Positions 8,898 to 17,343 of a DNA stretch of 32,228 nt are shown piece by piece. The DNA lies in assembly GCA_036741635.1 (NCBI GenBank), contig DAINRX010000002.1, positions 8,371 through 40,598 of the forward strand, given 5' to 3'. The notes beneath the pieces are model-generated. The model worked only from the letters and a program-made list of their open reading frames with translations. It did no database searches and was not told where the DNA came from. A program made the position numbers and the translations under genes. Origin of the DNA: Nitrososphaera sp. Lineage in GTDB: Archaea; Thermoproteota; Nitrososphaeria; Nitrososphaerales; Nitrososphaeraceae. The number at the start of each line of letters is the position of its first letter. The stretch's first letter is position 1.

Positions 8898-10349
8898 CTA
8901 GCTCAATCTGGCTATCGAGGAATACGACCTGAGCGTCAGTTCTGTCTTGCCCTCGCGCCCGGCGCCTGCAGTTGCGCCAGCTACCCTTATCCTGTCGCCT
9001 ACGCTCAGCCTGTTCACCAGTGGGCTCTGATTGCGCCAGCCCACCAGCCTTATTTCGCCTGTGTCGTCGCCGAGGAGTGTGGAGGTAAGAGGCACGGTCT
9101 CGCCGGCCTTGGTCGTAACGTCGGCAGTTTCTGGCGCCTGGAGCACTATTGCCTCGATAATGTAGGGGTGATCTGGCGACACCTGCACGTCCTTTATCTT
9201 GGACTCGAATTTCGACGTCTTTGGGAACGAGGGGTCATCATCGTCAATTACGCGAATGTATGAATCGTCCTTTGACAGCATGACCGAGTTGCCGAATATC
9301 CTTGAAGGGACGCACTCGATCAGTGTGCCGGCGCTCAGCTGTCCGGAGCCGACAAGAGTGTTGTCAATCGTGAGCGTCAGCGGCCTGCCTGCCCTATCGG
9401 CTGCGAGGCATACAAAGCTTCCCCTGCCCGTCTCCTCGCCAACAGAAATTATGCGCAAGGGCATCATCTCCACGTCCTCCTGCGAGTCGGAGAACTCCAG
9501 TATCGTGCCCTCGTCACCGTGGATCTCGAAATCGCCGCTGCCGTACTGAGGGTTGCCCTGCTTTATCCTGACCCCGATAAGGCGTGCCTTGCTGCCCGTC
9601 TTGAAGACCTTGGGCAGCCGGGACTCGTCGACGTTCCATATCACCGCGCGGAGCGTGCGGGTGCCCGCCTCGTTGGAAAGCTGCAGCTGGAGCGACTTGC
9701 TCGCCTCGCCCCGTGCGTTGACAAAATCTGTGATGCGCGGGTTGGAATTGATTACGCCGGAGACGACAGCGCTTTCCTGCATGCCATTGATGCTATCTAC
9801 AGTCATGGTCAGCGAGTCGATGTTCGGGATCGCGGCAGAATCGTCGCGCGCAGGCTCTATGGCGCTGTAGCTGCCAAGGTTGATTATCGGCTTGCCGTCA
9901 AGCCCCGCCCTGACGTAGCCCTTGATTATCTTGATAAGGTCGCCTGCCTGCAGTCCCATCTCGTCCGGTATCCCCACGTGCCTGTCCCACAGCTTGACCT
10001 TCACCCTAGCGTCCTTATCGTAAATGACGAGCGTGCGGGTCGCGGCCGTCTCGTTGCTCTCCTTTCTCGTGAACTTATAGACTGGGTAGACATTCATTAT
10101 CCTGCCGACGACCGTCACCTCCTTTGCCCCAACGTAAATGTCCTTCAATCCCGACTGCGCCTTGGGGATGCTGTCAAACGAGATCCCGAGGTCGGCTGCA
10201 ACTAGGAAAAGCGCGCCTTGGTCGGTCAGGTAACCTGCGCCGACCCTGCGCTTTTTTTCGTCTATTAAATCTCTCACCTGTTCAGGGTTCAGCTCAGGCC
10301 TTTGCTTGAGCACAAGTTCCAGCATGTCCTTAAAATCATGGGACGACAA
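8898..10349 (-). CDS. rpa: Replication protein A / multi-OB-fold ssDNA-binding protein
   Basis: N-terminal GYLTDQGALFLVA helix motif; repeated OB-fold motifs (VKVKLW, LRAVIW, LGDDTGEIRLVGW). Confidence 0.85.
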   Translation of the reverse strand: MSSHDFKDMLELVLKQRPELNPEQVRDLIDEKKRRVGAGYLTDQGALFLVAADLGISFDSIPKAQSGLKDIYVGAKEVTVVGRIMNVYPVYKFTRKESNETAATRTLVIYDKDARVKVKLWDRHVGIPDEMGLQAGDLIKIIKGYVRAGLDGKPIINLGSYSAIEPARDDSAAIPNIDSLTMTVDSINGMQESAVVSGVINSNPRITDFVNARGEASKSLQLQLSNEAGTRTLRAVIWNVDESRLPKVFKTGSKARLIGVRIKQGNPQYGSGDFEIHGDEGTILEFSDSQEDVEMMPLRIISVGEETGRGSFVCLAADRAGRPLTLTIDNTLVGSGQLSAGTLIECVPSRIFGNSVMLSKDDSYIRVIDDDDPSFPKTSKFESKIKDVQVSPDHPYIIEAIVLQAPETADVTTKAGETVPLTSTLLGDDTGEIRLVGWRNQSPLVNRLSVGDRIRVAGATAGAGREGKTELTLRSYSSIARLS

Positions 10350-10459
10350 GCTTTTTCAGGGAACCTCCTATCTGGAAAATCATTATCACACTTGCCTATA
10401 TATCTTGACAGAGGGAAAAACAACCACACATTTATCTGAAAATACTCTGATAGTATGTC

Positions 10460-11827
10460 ATGCAGGAATTCGACCTGATAGTAATTGGAAGCGGCTCGGG
10501 CCTTGACGTGGCAAACGCGGCGGCAGAGCACGGCGGCATGAAAGTCGCTATCGTCGAAAAGGGCAGGATGGGCGGCACATGCCTTAACCGGGGCTGCATA
10601 CCCTCAAAGCTGCTGATACACAGCGCCGACGTTGCCGAAACAATAAGGAGCGCCGGGCAATTCGGCGTCAAGGTTGGCGAGTTTTCGATAGACTTCCAAA
10701 GCATCGCCAAGCGCACCACTGGCATAGTCGATTCAGAGTCAGACGGCATAAGAAGCGCGTTTTCTGAAATCGACAACCCCAAGCTGTTCTCGCACGAATG
10801 CAGGTTTATCGGCGACAAAACGATCTCTGTCGGCAGTGAGACGATTCAAGCAAACAAGATCCTGATAGCTTCAGGCACCCGCCCTTTCATTCCAAAGATA
10901 CAGGGACTTGACGGGAGCGGCTTTATGACAAGTGACGAAGCCCTGCGCTTGAAAAAGCAGCCACGCGTGCTCACGATAATTGGCGGCGGGTACATCGCAG
11001 CAGAAATGGCGCACTTTTTTGGCGCACTTGGAACCAAGGTCAACATCGTGCAGCGCGGCAACCTGCTGATCCCGCATGAAGACGAAGAGGTCGCCAGAAA
11101 ATTCACGCAGGTGTTTTCCAAGAAATACAATGTTTACCTTGGCTATGACACAGAGTCTGTTGGCAAAAAGAACGGCGGCATTTTTTTTGTCAAGGCAAGG
11201 AATTCTTCCGGCAAGGTCATAAGCCTCGAGTCAGATCAGCTCTTGGTGGCGACTGGCAGGACGCCAAACTCTGACACGCTTGACCTTGTCAAAACAGGCG
11301 TGCAGGTGGACGGCAGGGGCTTTGTCAGGGTCAACAAGTACCTCGAGACAAACGTCAAGGGGATATTTGCGCTTGGCGACGCTGTGGGCCGATATATGTT
11401 CAAGCACAGCGCCAACCACGAAGCGCAGTACGCATTCAACAACATCATGCATGCTGACAAAAAAGTCGCAGTCGACTATGCCGCGATGCCGCACGCGATT
11501 TTCAGCTGGCCTCAGGTGGCCAGCGTGGGCCATACCGAGCAGGAGTTGAAGAAGGACAGGGCCGATTACGCAAAGGCGGTCTACCCGTACATCAGGACGG
11601 CCATGGGCGAGGCAATAGAAGACAGGGACGGCTTTGTAAAGCTCCTCGCGTCAAGAAAAGACGGCAGGATACTTGGCTGCCACATAATCGGGGCCCACGC
11701 CTCAATATTGATACACGAGGTGCTGGTTGCCATGAAAGCCGGCGTCACCATAGGCAACATCGCTAGGACGGTGCACATCCACCCTGCGCTTTCAGAGGTC
11801 GTCTCCCGGGCAGCTTCATCCTTTTGA
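10460..11827 (+). CDS. Class I pyridine nucleotide-disulfide oxidoreductase (Lpd / mycothione-reductase-like)
   Basis: GSGSG FAD loop, GGTCLNRGCIPSK redox disulfide, GGGYIA, ATGRTPN, KHSANHEA and HPALSE. Confidence 0.9.
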   Translation: MQEFDLIVIGSGSGLDVANAAAEHGGMKVAIVEKGRMGGTCLNRGCIPSKLLIHSADVAETIRSAGQFGVKVGEFSIDFQSIAKRTTGIVDSESDGIRSAFSEIDNPKLFSHECRFIGDKTISVGSETIQANKILIASGTRPFIPKIQGLDGSGFMTSDEALRLKKQPRVLTIIGGGYIAAEMAHFFGALGTKVNIVQRGNLLIPHEDEEVARKFTQVFSKKYNVYLGYDTESVGKKNGGIFFVKARNSSGKVISLESDQLLVATGRTPNSDTLDLVKTGVQVDGRGFVRVNKYLETNVKGIFALGDAVGRYMFKHSANHEAQYAFNNIMHADKKVAVDYAAMPHAIFSWPQVASVGHTEQELKKDRADYAKAVYPYIRTAMGEAIEDRDGFVKLLASRKDGRILGCHIIGAHASILIHEVLVAMKAGVTIGNIARTVHIHPALSEVVSRAASSF

Positions 11828-11864
11828 TGACAATACAGAAATTAGACCGTAATACTGCCCTTAG

Positions 11865-12815
11865 GTGGCTATGGAAGCCTGCATTGACGTTTCTGACCTG
11901 CGCAAGAGCTACGGGCAGGTGCATGCCGTGGACGGCGTATCGTTTGCCGTAGAGTACGGCAGGGTATTTGGCTTTCTGGGCCCGAACGGAGCAGGCAAGA
12001 CCACCACGATAAAGGTGCTCACTACACTTGTGCATCCGACTTCTGGCACGGTCAAGATATTTGACAGGGACATCGTCAGGCATTCAAGGGAAATAAGGAA
12101 AAGGGTGGGCGTGGTGCTGCAGGAGCCCAGCTTTGAGGCGAACCTGACAGTCGAGCGGGCACTCGAGCTCTATGGTCTGATGTGGGGGGTGCCTGCAGAA
12201 AAGCGGCGCGACAGGGCGAGGGAATTGACAGAAAAATTCGACCTGATTTCGTTCCGGAGCATGAAAAACGACGAGCTGTCAATAGGCCAGCGGAGGCGGG
12301 TGCAGGTTGCAAGGGAGTTCATGCACGACATGGATCTGCTGTTCCTTGACGAGCCAACGGTTGGATTGGACCCGGCGGCGCGCCGCACGCTCCTGAATTA
12401 CGTGAAAAAGCACGTGCAGGGCGGGCTGACGGTGTTTTTCACTACTCACATCATGGAAGAGGCGGAGTACCTCTGCGACGAGATCGCGATAATCAACAAG
12501 GGCAGGATAATCGCAACCGACACACCGGCCGGCCTGAAGCAAAAGTACGGCGGCGTCAAGGCGGTAGAGATAAAGCTAAAGGACCCCTCCGCGCAGTCCA
12601 TCATGCGGATAATCCGGCCGATAGCGGGAAGCTCCTCTGTAGTTGAAGCGCCGGCGCAGGACACGATAAGGATAAGCTCTGCAGAAGCTCAAGAGATGCT
12701 TGTAAAAATAATCGAGGCGCTTGCGAAAAACGGGGTCCAGATAGAGAGCGTCTCTGTGAACCCGCCGACTCTGGAGGAAGTCTTCCTCACTGTCATAGGC
12801 AACGGGACAGCCTAG
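11865..12815 (+). CDS. ABC exporter ATP-binding subunit (DrrA/NodI-like)
   Basis: GPNGAGKTT, LSIGQ signature variant, LFLDEPTVGLD, TTH and C-terminal PTLEEVF. Confidence 0.92.
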   Translation: MAMEACIDVSDLRKSYGQVHAVDGVSFAVEYGRVFGFLGPNGAGKTTTIKVLTTLVHPTSGTVKIFDRDIVRHSREIRKRVGVVLQEPSFEANLTVERALELYGLMWGVPAEKRRDRARELTEKFDLISFRSMKNDELSIGQRRRVQVAREFMHDMDLLFLDEPTVGLDPAARRTLLNYVKKHVQGGLTVFFTTHIMEEAEYLCDEIAIINKGRIIATDTPAGLKQKYGGVKAVEIKLKDPSAQSIMRIIRPIAGSSSVVEAPAQDTIRISSAEAQEMLVKIIEALAKNGVQIESVSVNPPTLEEVFLTVIGNGTA

Positions 12816-13579
12816 ATCTTCATCCTCATCATTGAAAGGGTGGCAAGGAAGAATGCCGCTGCAGTAAACGCGGCAATAATTCCGGCTTCGATGTTGACAA
12901 AAGTGTCTATCTGGTTAAAGATGCCTGCCCTTGTCACGTCTACGATGTAGGTGAGCGGGTTGGCGTAGAACGCCGTGCTAAGCGCATCCGGCACGCCCTG
13001 CGTCGGGTAGAACGCCGTGCTGACGAATGAAAAGAACAGGAACACGCTGTTTACAATGACGTTGAATCCTTCGCTGCTCTTGAGCCTCGTCGATATTATT
13101 ACCGCAATAGAGCCAAAGAATATCGCGCCCGTTATCAGGGCGTAGAGCACGTAAAGCGTGCCCACGAGAGTGGGCACTGCGCTCCCGACAAGCGTTGGGG
13201 AGCCTGCGACGAGGATGAGGGCTGCGCTTGCAAGCCCCATGAGCATGATGGCAATGATGTTGCCGGCGATGTACTCAATCCTTGCAAATGGCATCACCAG
13301 GATCTGCTGGAACATGCCGTTTCGCTTGTCGTTCCAGATCATGCTGCCGGCTATCGTGCTGCTGTTCATCATGTTAAAGCCTATCATGCCTGCAGCCAGG
13401 TACGCAGGGTAGGGCACGGCGCTGCTGCCTATCGGGACGCCCTGCCCGCCAATGAGCGCAGAATAAGAGTAGCCGGCAATAAAGATGTAGACGATGGGAA
13501 ATACGACCTGCCACACGAGGAACACCTTGTCGATGGACGCTACAAGGTTCCGGTACAGCAATATTGCTACGGCGTTCAC
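12812..13579 (-). CDS. ABC-2 type transporter permease
   Basis: About 6 TM helices; Y..YLAAG, DKRNG, STAFYP..P..L....ANPLTYIVD motifs. Confidence 0.9.
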   Translation of the reverse strand: MNAVAILLYRNLVASIDKVFLVWQVVFPIVYIFIAGYSYSALIGGQGVPIGSSAVPYPAYLAAGMIGFNMMNSSTIAGSMIWNDKRNGMFQQILVMPFARIEYIAGNIIAIMLMGLASAALILVAGSPTLVGSAVPTLVGTLYVLYALITGAIFFGSIAVIISTRLKSSEGFNVIVNSVFLFFSFVSTAFYPTQGVPDALSTAFYANPLTYIVDVTRAGIFNQIDTFVNIEAGIIAAFTAAAFFLATLSMMRMKI

Positions 13580-13700
13580 TAGCAGTCGCTATCATCCCAT
13601 TGATTCTTTACCGTATATTAATCATGGATTGATTTGGGGCTGCATGGCAGGTCCTCGCCAGATTTAAATAACTTACAATTGAAGCTTAAGGACACACATC

Positions 13701-14453
13701 ATGATGGCTGAAGACATGGCCGAAAAGAAGCTGCGCGGCTCTGGCGGCTACGCCATTGCAAGGATAACTGACGAAGAGCAAAAGAAGGGCAACCTTGGAG
13801 GCCCGGAGCTCTTTCTTGCAGGCATTGGCAGGCTGGAAGAGGACAGATTCGTGAAATACCACTGCAACAAGTGCGAAAAAGAGTATGAAGGCTCGCCGGC
13901 GGTGACGTACGAAAACCCTAACGAAGAGCTGGGAGAGGGCGTCACGCTTATAGAGAAAGGTGAATACAAGTGCAGGACCTGCAGCGCCACGATTGCGCAG
14001 TACAGAAAGTTCGATACCGTCCAGACGCAACAACAACAACAACAGCAGGCCCCTGCTGCCCCGCAGGCTCAGACACAGCAGCCAGCAATTGAAGAAAGGC
14101 CGGCTTCAGCAGATATCGCCGCTGTTCCAGCTACTACTGTGGCGGCAGGCGAAAACTACTTTCCGATCCAATCGCTTGTCGGCATGTCTGCCTATGACAG
14201 CGAGGCCATGCTGATAGGCAGGATTAAAGAGGTAGGCTTGCGCAGGACTGGCAGGACCGCGCAGATAACTATCAAGATAGGCGAAAAGGAAGTTCCGTGG
14301 GACGGCATCTCAAAGATTGGAGACATTGTCCTGCTCAAGACTGCACAGACCCAGACAACAACGGCTTCAACGGCCGGAGGCATGTGCCCAGCGTGCGGCT
14401 TCCAGAACGAGTCTGACTCTGTGTTCTGCGCCGACTGCGGCAGCAGGCTCTAG
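13701..14453 (+). CDS. Zn-ribbon + PRC-barrel + Zn-ribbon protein with poly-Q linker
   Basis: CNKC..CRTC; LVGMSAYDSEAMLIGRI..VPWDGISKIGDIVLL (PRC-like); CPACG..FCADCG. TATA-like ATTTAAATA near 13662-13670. Confidence 0.8.
   Translation: MMAEDMAEKKLRGSGGYAIARITDEEQKKGNLGGPELFLAGIGRLEEDRFVKYHCNKCEKEYEGSPAVTYENPNEELGEGVTLIEKGEYKCRTCSATIAQYRKFDTVQTQQQQQQQAPAAPQAQTQQPAIEERPASADIAAVPATTVAAGENYFPIQSLVGMSAYDSEAMLIGRIKEVGLRRTGRTAQITIKIGEKEVPWDGISKIGDIVLLKTAQTQTTTASTAGGMCPACGFQNESDSVFCADCGSRL
14028..14048 (+). repeat. (CAA)5(CAG)2 trinucleotide repeat encoding Q7
   Basis: Read directly from the sequence. Confidence 0.85.
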
Positions 14454-16559
14454 TTAGCTCTTCAGGATTATTCTGGCGTCAACTACTCTGGCCCCCTTTC
14501 CTTCTTCGAGCACCAAAAGCGGGTTGATGTCGAACTCCTTTATCTCAGGGAAGTCGACCACCAGCTGGGAGAGCCGCTGGAGAGAATCTGCGACAGCCCT
14601 CAGGTCAGACGACTTTTCTCCCCTGACGCCCTTTAGCAGCTTTATGGTCTTGATTGACTCAACCATGTTCGTAGCCTCGCGCCCATCGATGGGGGCAACG
14701 CGAAAGACGACGTCCTTGAGCACCTCCACGTAGATGCCACCAAGGCCGAACATTATGACTGGCCCAAACGTGGGATCTTGGCTTGCGCCAAGTATTGTTT
14801 CCTTGGCAGACTTGATCATTTCCTGCACGAGCACTCCCTTTATCTTGGCGTCGGCCTTGTACCTTCTTGCGCTTTCTATTATCGCCCGGAACGCCACGCG
14901 CAGCTCATCATCGTTCTTGATCCCTACCTTGACGCCACCTGCGTCTGACTTGTGTATGATGTCCGGCGATGCTATCTTCATGACCACGGGGTATCCTATC
15001 TCTTCGGCAGCGCTTACGCACTCGTCTTCGGTGGTGCCAAGGATGCTCTTTGGAGTTGGAAACCCGTACGCCTTGAGCACTTCATAGCCCTCTTCCTCAA
15101 GAAGGTTTGCCCTTCCCTGTCTGCGGACGCCCTCAAAAATTGACTTGACCTTGGCCGTGTCCTTGGTAAATTGCAAAGTGGGCGCCTTAGTCGAGGAGGC
15201 ATCGATCCACTTCTTGAAATCGTACATCGCCTTGAGCGTCCTGATTGCTGGCTCTGAATACAGGTAGTACGGGACGCCGCCTTCAGACATTATCGTCCTG
15301 TTTTCTACTCCTTCGGCAAGGCCCATGAGCGATGCAAGTATCGTCTTGTTCGGAAACTGGCGCGACATCTTTACTAGCGTCCTTGCAAGGTCGTCGTAGT
15401 TCAGAGTCGCCGAAGGGGTGCACATGGTCACGACAGAGCCCACGTTTGGGTGCGCGAGGACCTGAAGCAGTACCTTTTCAAACCGCATATAGTCGGCGTC
15501 TCCGACAATGTCCACAGGGTTCCTTGGCGAGCCGTACGCAGGTATGACACCGGCTATTGCATCCCGGATAGACGAAATGTCAGCCATCTTCAATCCATAC
15601 TTGGAGCACGCGTCTGTAGAAATTATTGCAGGGCCGCCTGCGTTGGAGACAATGACTACGCCTCCGTCTGGCAGCGGTTGCTTTGAGAACGCGGTGGCAA
15701 GGTCGAACAGCTCGCCCATCGTGTCTACACGTATGACGCCGCACTGAGCAAACGCGGCCTCATAGTTTGCGTCGGATCCGCCAAGTGCGCCGGTGTGCGA
15801 AGCGGCCGCCTTGGCACCTTCTGCAGTCCTTCCTGATTTAAGCACAATTATGGGCTTTTTCTTTTCGGTGGTTATTCGCCTTGCGATGCCCATGAACCGT
15901 CTTGCGTCGCGGATGTCTTCAAGGTACATTACAATGACTCTGGTGTCTTCGTCTTCCGCCAAAAGCTCTAGAACGTCGCTTTCGTCCATGTCTACCTTGT
16001 TGCCCATGCTTATGACTTTGGAGAACCCAATGTTCTGAGCCTCTGCGTCCTCGACGGTTGCGGCGCAGATTGCTCCGCTCTGCGACACAAGGGCAATGCC
16101 TCCGTGCTTTGGGGTAATCTTCAAGAAAGTAGAATTCATCATGTTGTCCTTTGATAGGCTCATTATCCCGAGACAGTTGGGGCCGATGACCCTGATACCG
16201 TACTTTTTTGCAATCTCGCCAACCTCCCTTTCAAGCTTGGCGCCAGCCTCGTCGACCTCTTTGAACCCTGCTGAAACAATGATCGCGCCCTTGATGCCCT
16301 TCTGGCCCACCTCTTCCATCACTGCGGGTGTGAACTTGCTGGGCGCAGCCACCACTGCAAGATCCACCATGCCGGGGACTTCAATTACGCTCTTGTACGC
16401 CGTCAGGCCGCCCACGGTCGGGTTCGACGGGCTAACGGGGTAAATTTTGCCCTTGAAGTGCTTGGCTATATTGTAAAAGATAGTCTTGCCCACACCTGGC
16501 TTTTCCGAGGCTCCAATGACGGCAATCGACTTGGGAGACAAGAAGATGGAGTTGGACAT
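14454..16559 (-). CDS. ADP-forming acyl-CoA ligase (alpha-beta fusion), likely 4-hydroxybutyrate-CoA ligase of the 3HP/4HB cycle
   Basis: SPKSIAVIGAS, GPNCLG, SQSGA, SHTGAL phospho-His, NPVD, C-terminal ATP-grasp (HKSDAGGV, DINPL). MMNSTFLKITPK..AICAATVEDA resembles my recollection of the Nitrosopumilus 4HB ligase. Confidence 0.85.
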   Translation of the reverse strand: MSNSIFLSPKSIAVIGASEKPGVGKTIFYNIAKHFKGKIYPVSPSNPTVGGLTAYKSVIEVPGMVDLAVVAAPSKFTPAVMEEVGQKGIKGAIIVSAGFKEVDEAGAKLEREVGEIAKKYGIRVIGPNCLGIMSLSKDNMMNSTFLKITPKHGGIALVSQSGAICAATVEDAEAQNIGFSKVISMGNKVDMDESDVLELLAEDEDTRVIVMYLEDIRDARRFMGIARRITTEKKKPIIVLKSGRTAEGAKAAASHTGALGGSDANYEAAFAQCGVIRVDTMGELFDLATAFSKQPLPDGGVVIVSNAGGPAIISTDACSKYGLKMADISSIRDAIAGVIPAYGSPRNPVDIVGDADYMRFEKVLLQVLAHPNVGSVVTMCTPSATLNYDDLARTLVKMSRQFPNKTILASLMGLAEGVENRTIMSEGGVPYYLYSEPAIRTLKAMYDFKKWIDASSTKAPTLQFTKDTAKVKSIFEGVRRQGRANLLEEEGYEVLKAYGFPTPKSILGTTEDECVSAAEEIGYPVVMKIASPDIIHKSDAGGVKVGIKNDDELRVAFRAIIESARRYKADAKIKGVLVQEMIKSAKETILGASQDPTFGPVIMFGLGGIYVEVLKDVVFRVAPIDGREATNMVESIKTIKLLKGVRGEKSSDLRAVADSLQRLSQLVVDFPEIKEFDINPLLVLEEGKGARVVDARIILKS

Positions 16560-16584
16560 ATGAGGAGAAAAAAGTTTCAGGATG

Positions 16585-16592
16585 GTTATAAA
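16585..16592 (-). promoter_or_regulatory. TATA box of the acyl-CoA ligase gene
   Basis: TTTATAAC on the minus strand, about 26 nt before ATG 16559. Confidence 0.6.
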
Positions 16593-16648
16593 TGCATCAT
16601 CCGTGACAGCGATAACTTTTATTTGCTATTGCCTTAATGATATCGTAT

Positions 16649-16816
16649 ATGGCAAGCGGCATCTGGATCGTGCTGGTTATCCCGGCCGTCCTGGCCTTTA
16701 TCTTTGGAGTATGGGTGTTCTACAACATGCTGGCAGATGTGTCTGAAAGGGGATTTTCGCCATTTGAGGTTGTAGGCCCTGACACGGTTAGGATGAGGAT
16801 AGGGCCCAACGAGTAA
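16649..16816 (+). CDS. Small single-pass membrane protein (55 aa; not in ORF track)
   Basis: MASGIWIVLVIPAVLAFIFGVWVFYNMLADVSERGFSPFEVVGPDTVRMRIGPNE*. TTTTATTT lies about 25-30 nt upstream. Confidence 0.65.
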   Translation: MASGIWIVLVIPAVLAFIFGVWVFYNMLADVSERGFSPFEVVGPDTVRMRIGPNE

Positions 16817-16866
16817 AAGCGGCCTTTATTTATCGGAAAACAAAGTATCTTGAAATAACTCATTCA

Positions 16867-17278
16867 ACGGATTTTTGCATAGGCGACCGTAACGGAGAAT
16901 CCTAACGTCGTACAGGGAGAATTCATCTGTGTTGCTACTTTTCTGCCGCGAAGAGCTGGCGGTACATGATCCCTTTCCAGCTAATGACTTCAAAAGTAAT
17001 GAAACAAGTAAAAGAAACCGAAGGCATAAAAAAATATACGCCGTCAAGGCTGATTTCCCCAAAAAGCACTTCTGGACGCTTTCCATCTGGGAGGGCGAAG
17101 GCTCTCTCAGGCGCTTTGTCATGACAGAGCCACACGCGATTGCCGTCAGGAAATTCACAAAATGGGCAGGATATGGCTCTGCGTTTGTAGAGTGGGCTAG
17201 TTCAGATGTCTCGGTTATTGGGCAGAGGCTCTGGAACAGCTCAAGAACCCTACTTTTTACTATAACAAGAAGAAATAG
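16867..17278 (+). pseudogene. Frameshifted DUF3291/ABM-like (dimeric alpha-beta barrel) gene
   Basis: Stitched frames: EFICVATFLP/KSWRYMIPFQLMTSKVMKQVKETEGIKK/YAVKADFPKKHFWTLSIWEGEGSLRRFVMTEPHAIAV..FVEW/..WAEALEQLKNPTFYYNKKK*. Confidence 0.65.
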
Positions 17279-17343
17279 AAATAGTCGCCAGCTCATATGC
17301 CAAAAGCAACCTTTATTTTCAATTGTCAAATCCCTAGAGTACA

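Noticed and set aside
10460..11827. Mercuric reductase MerA
   Set aside because: Lacks the C-terminal vicinal Cys-Cys pair and N-terminal metal-binding domain; retains the HP..SE catalytic motif.
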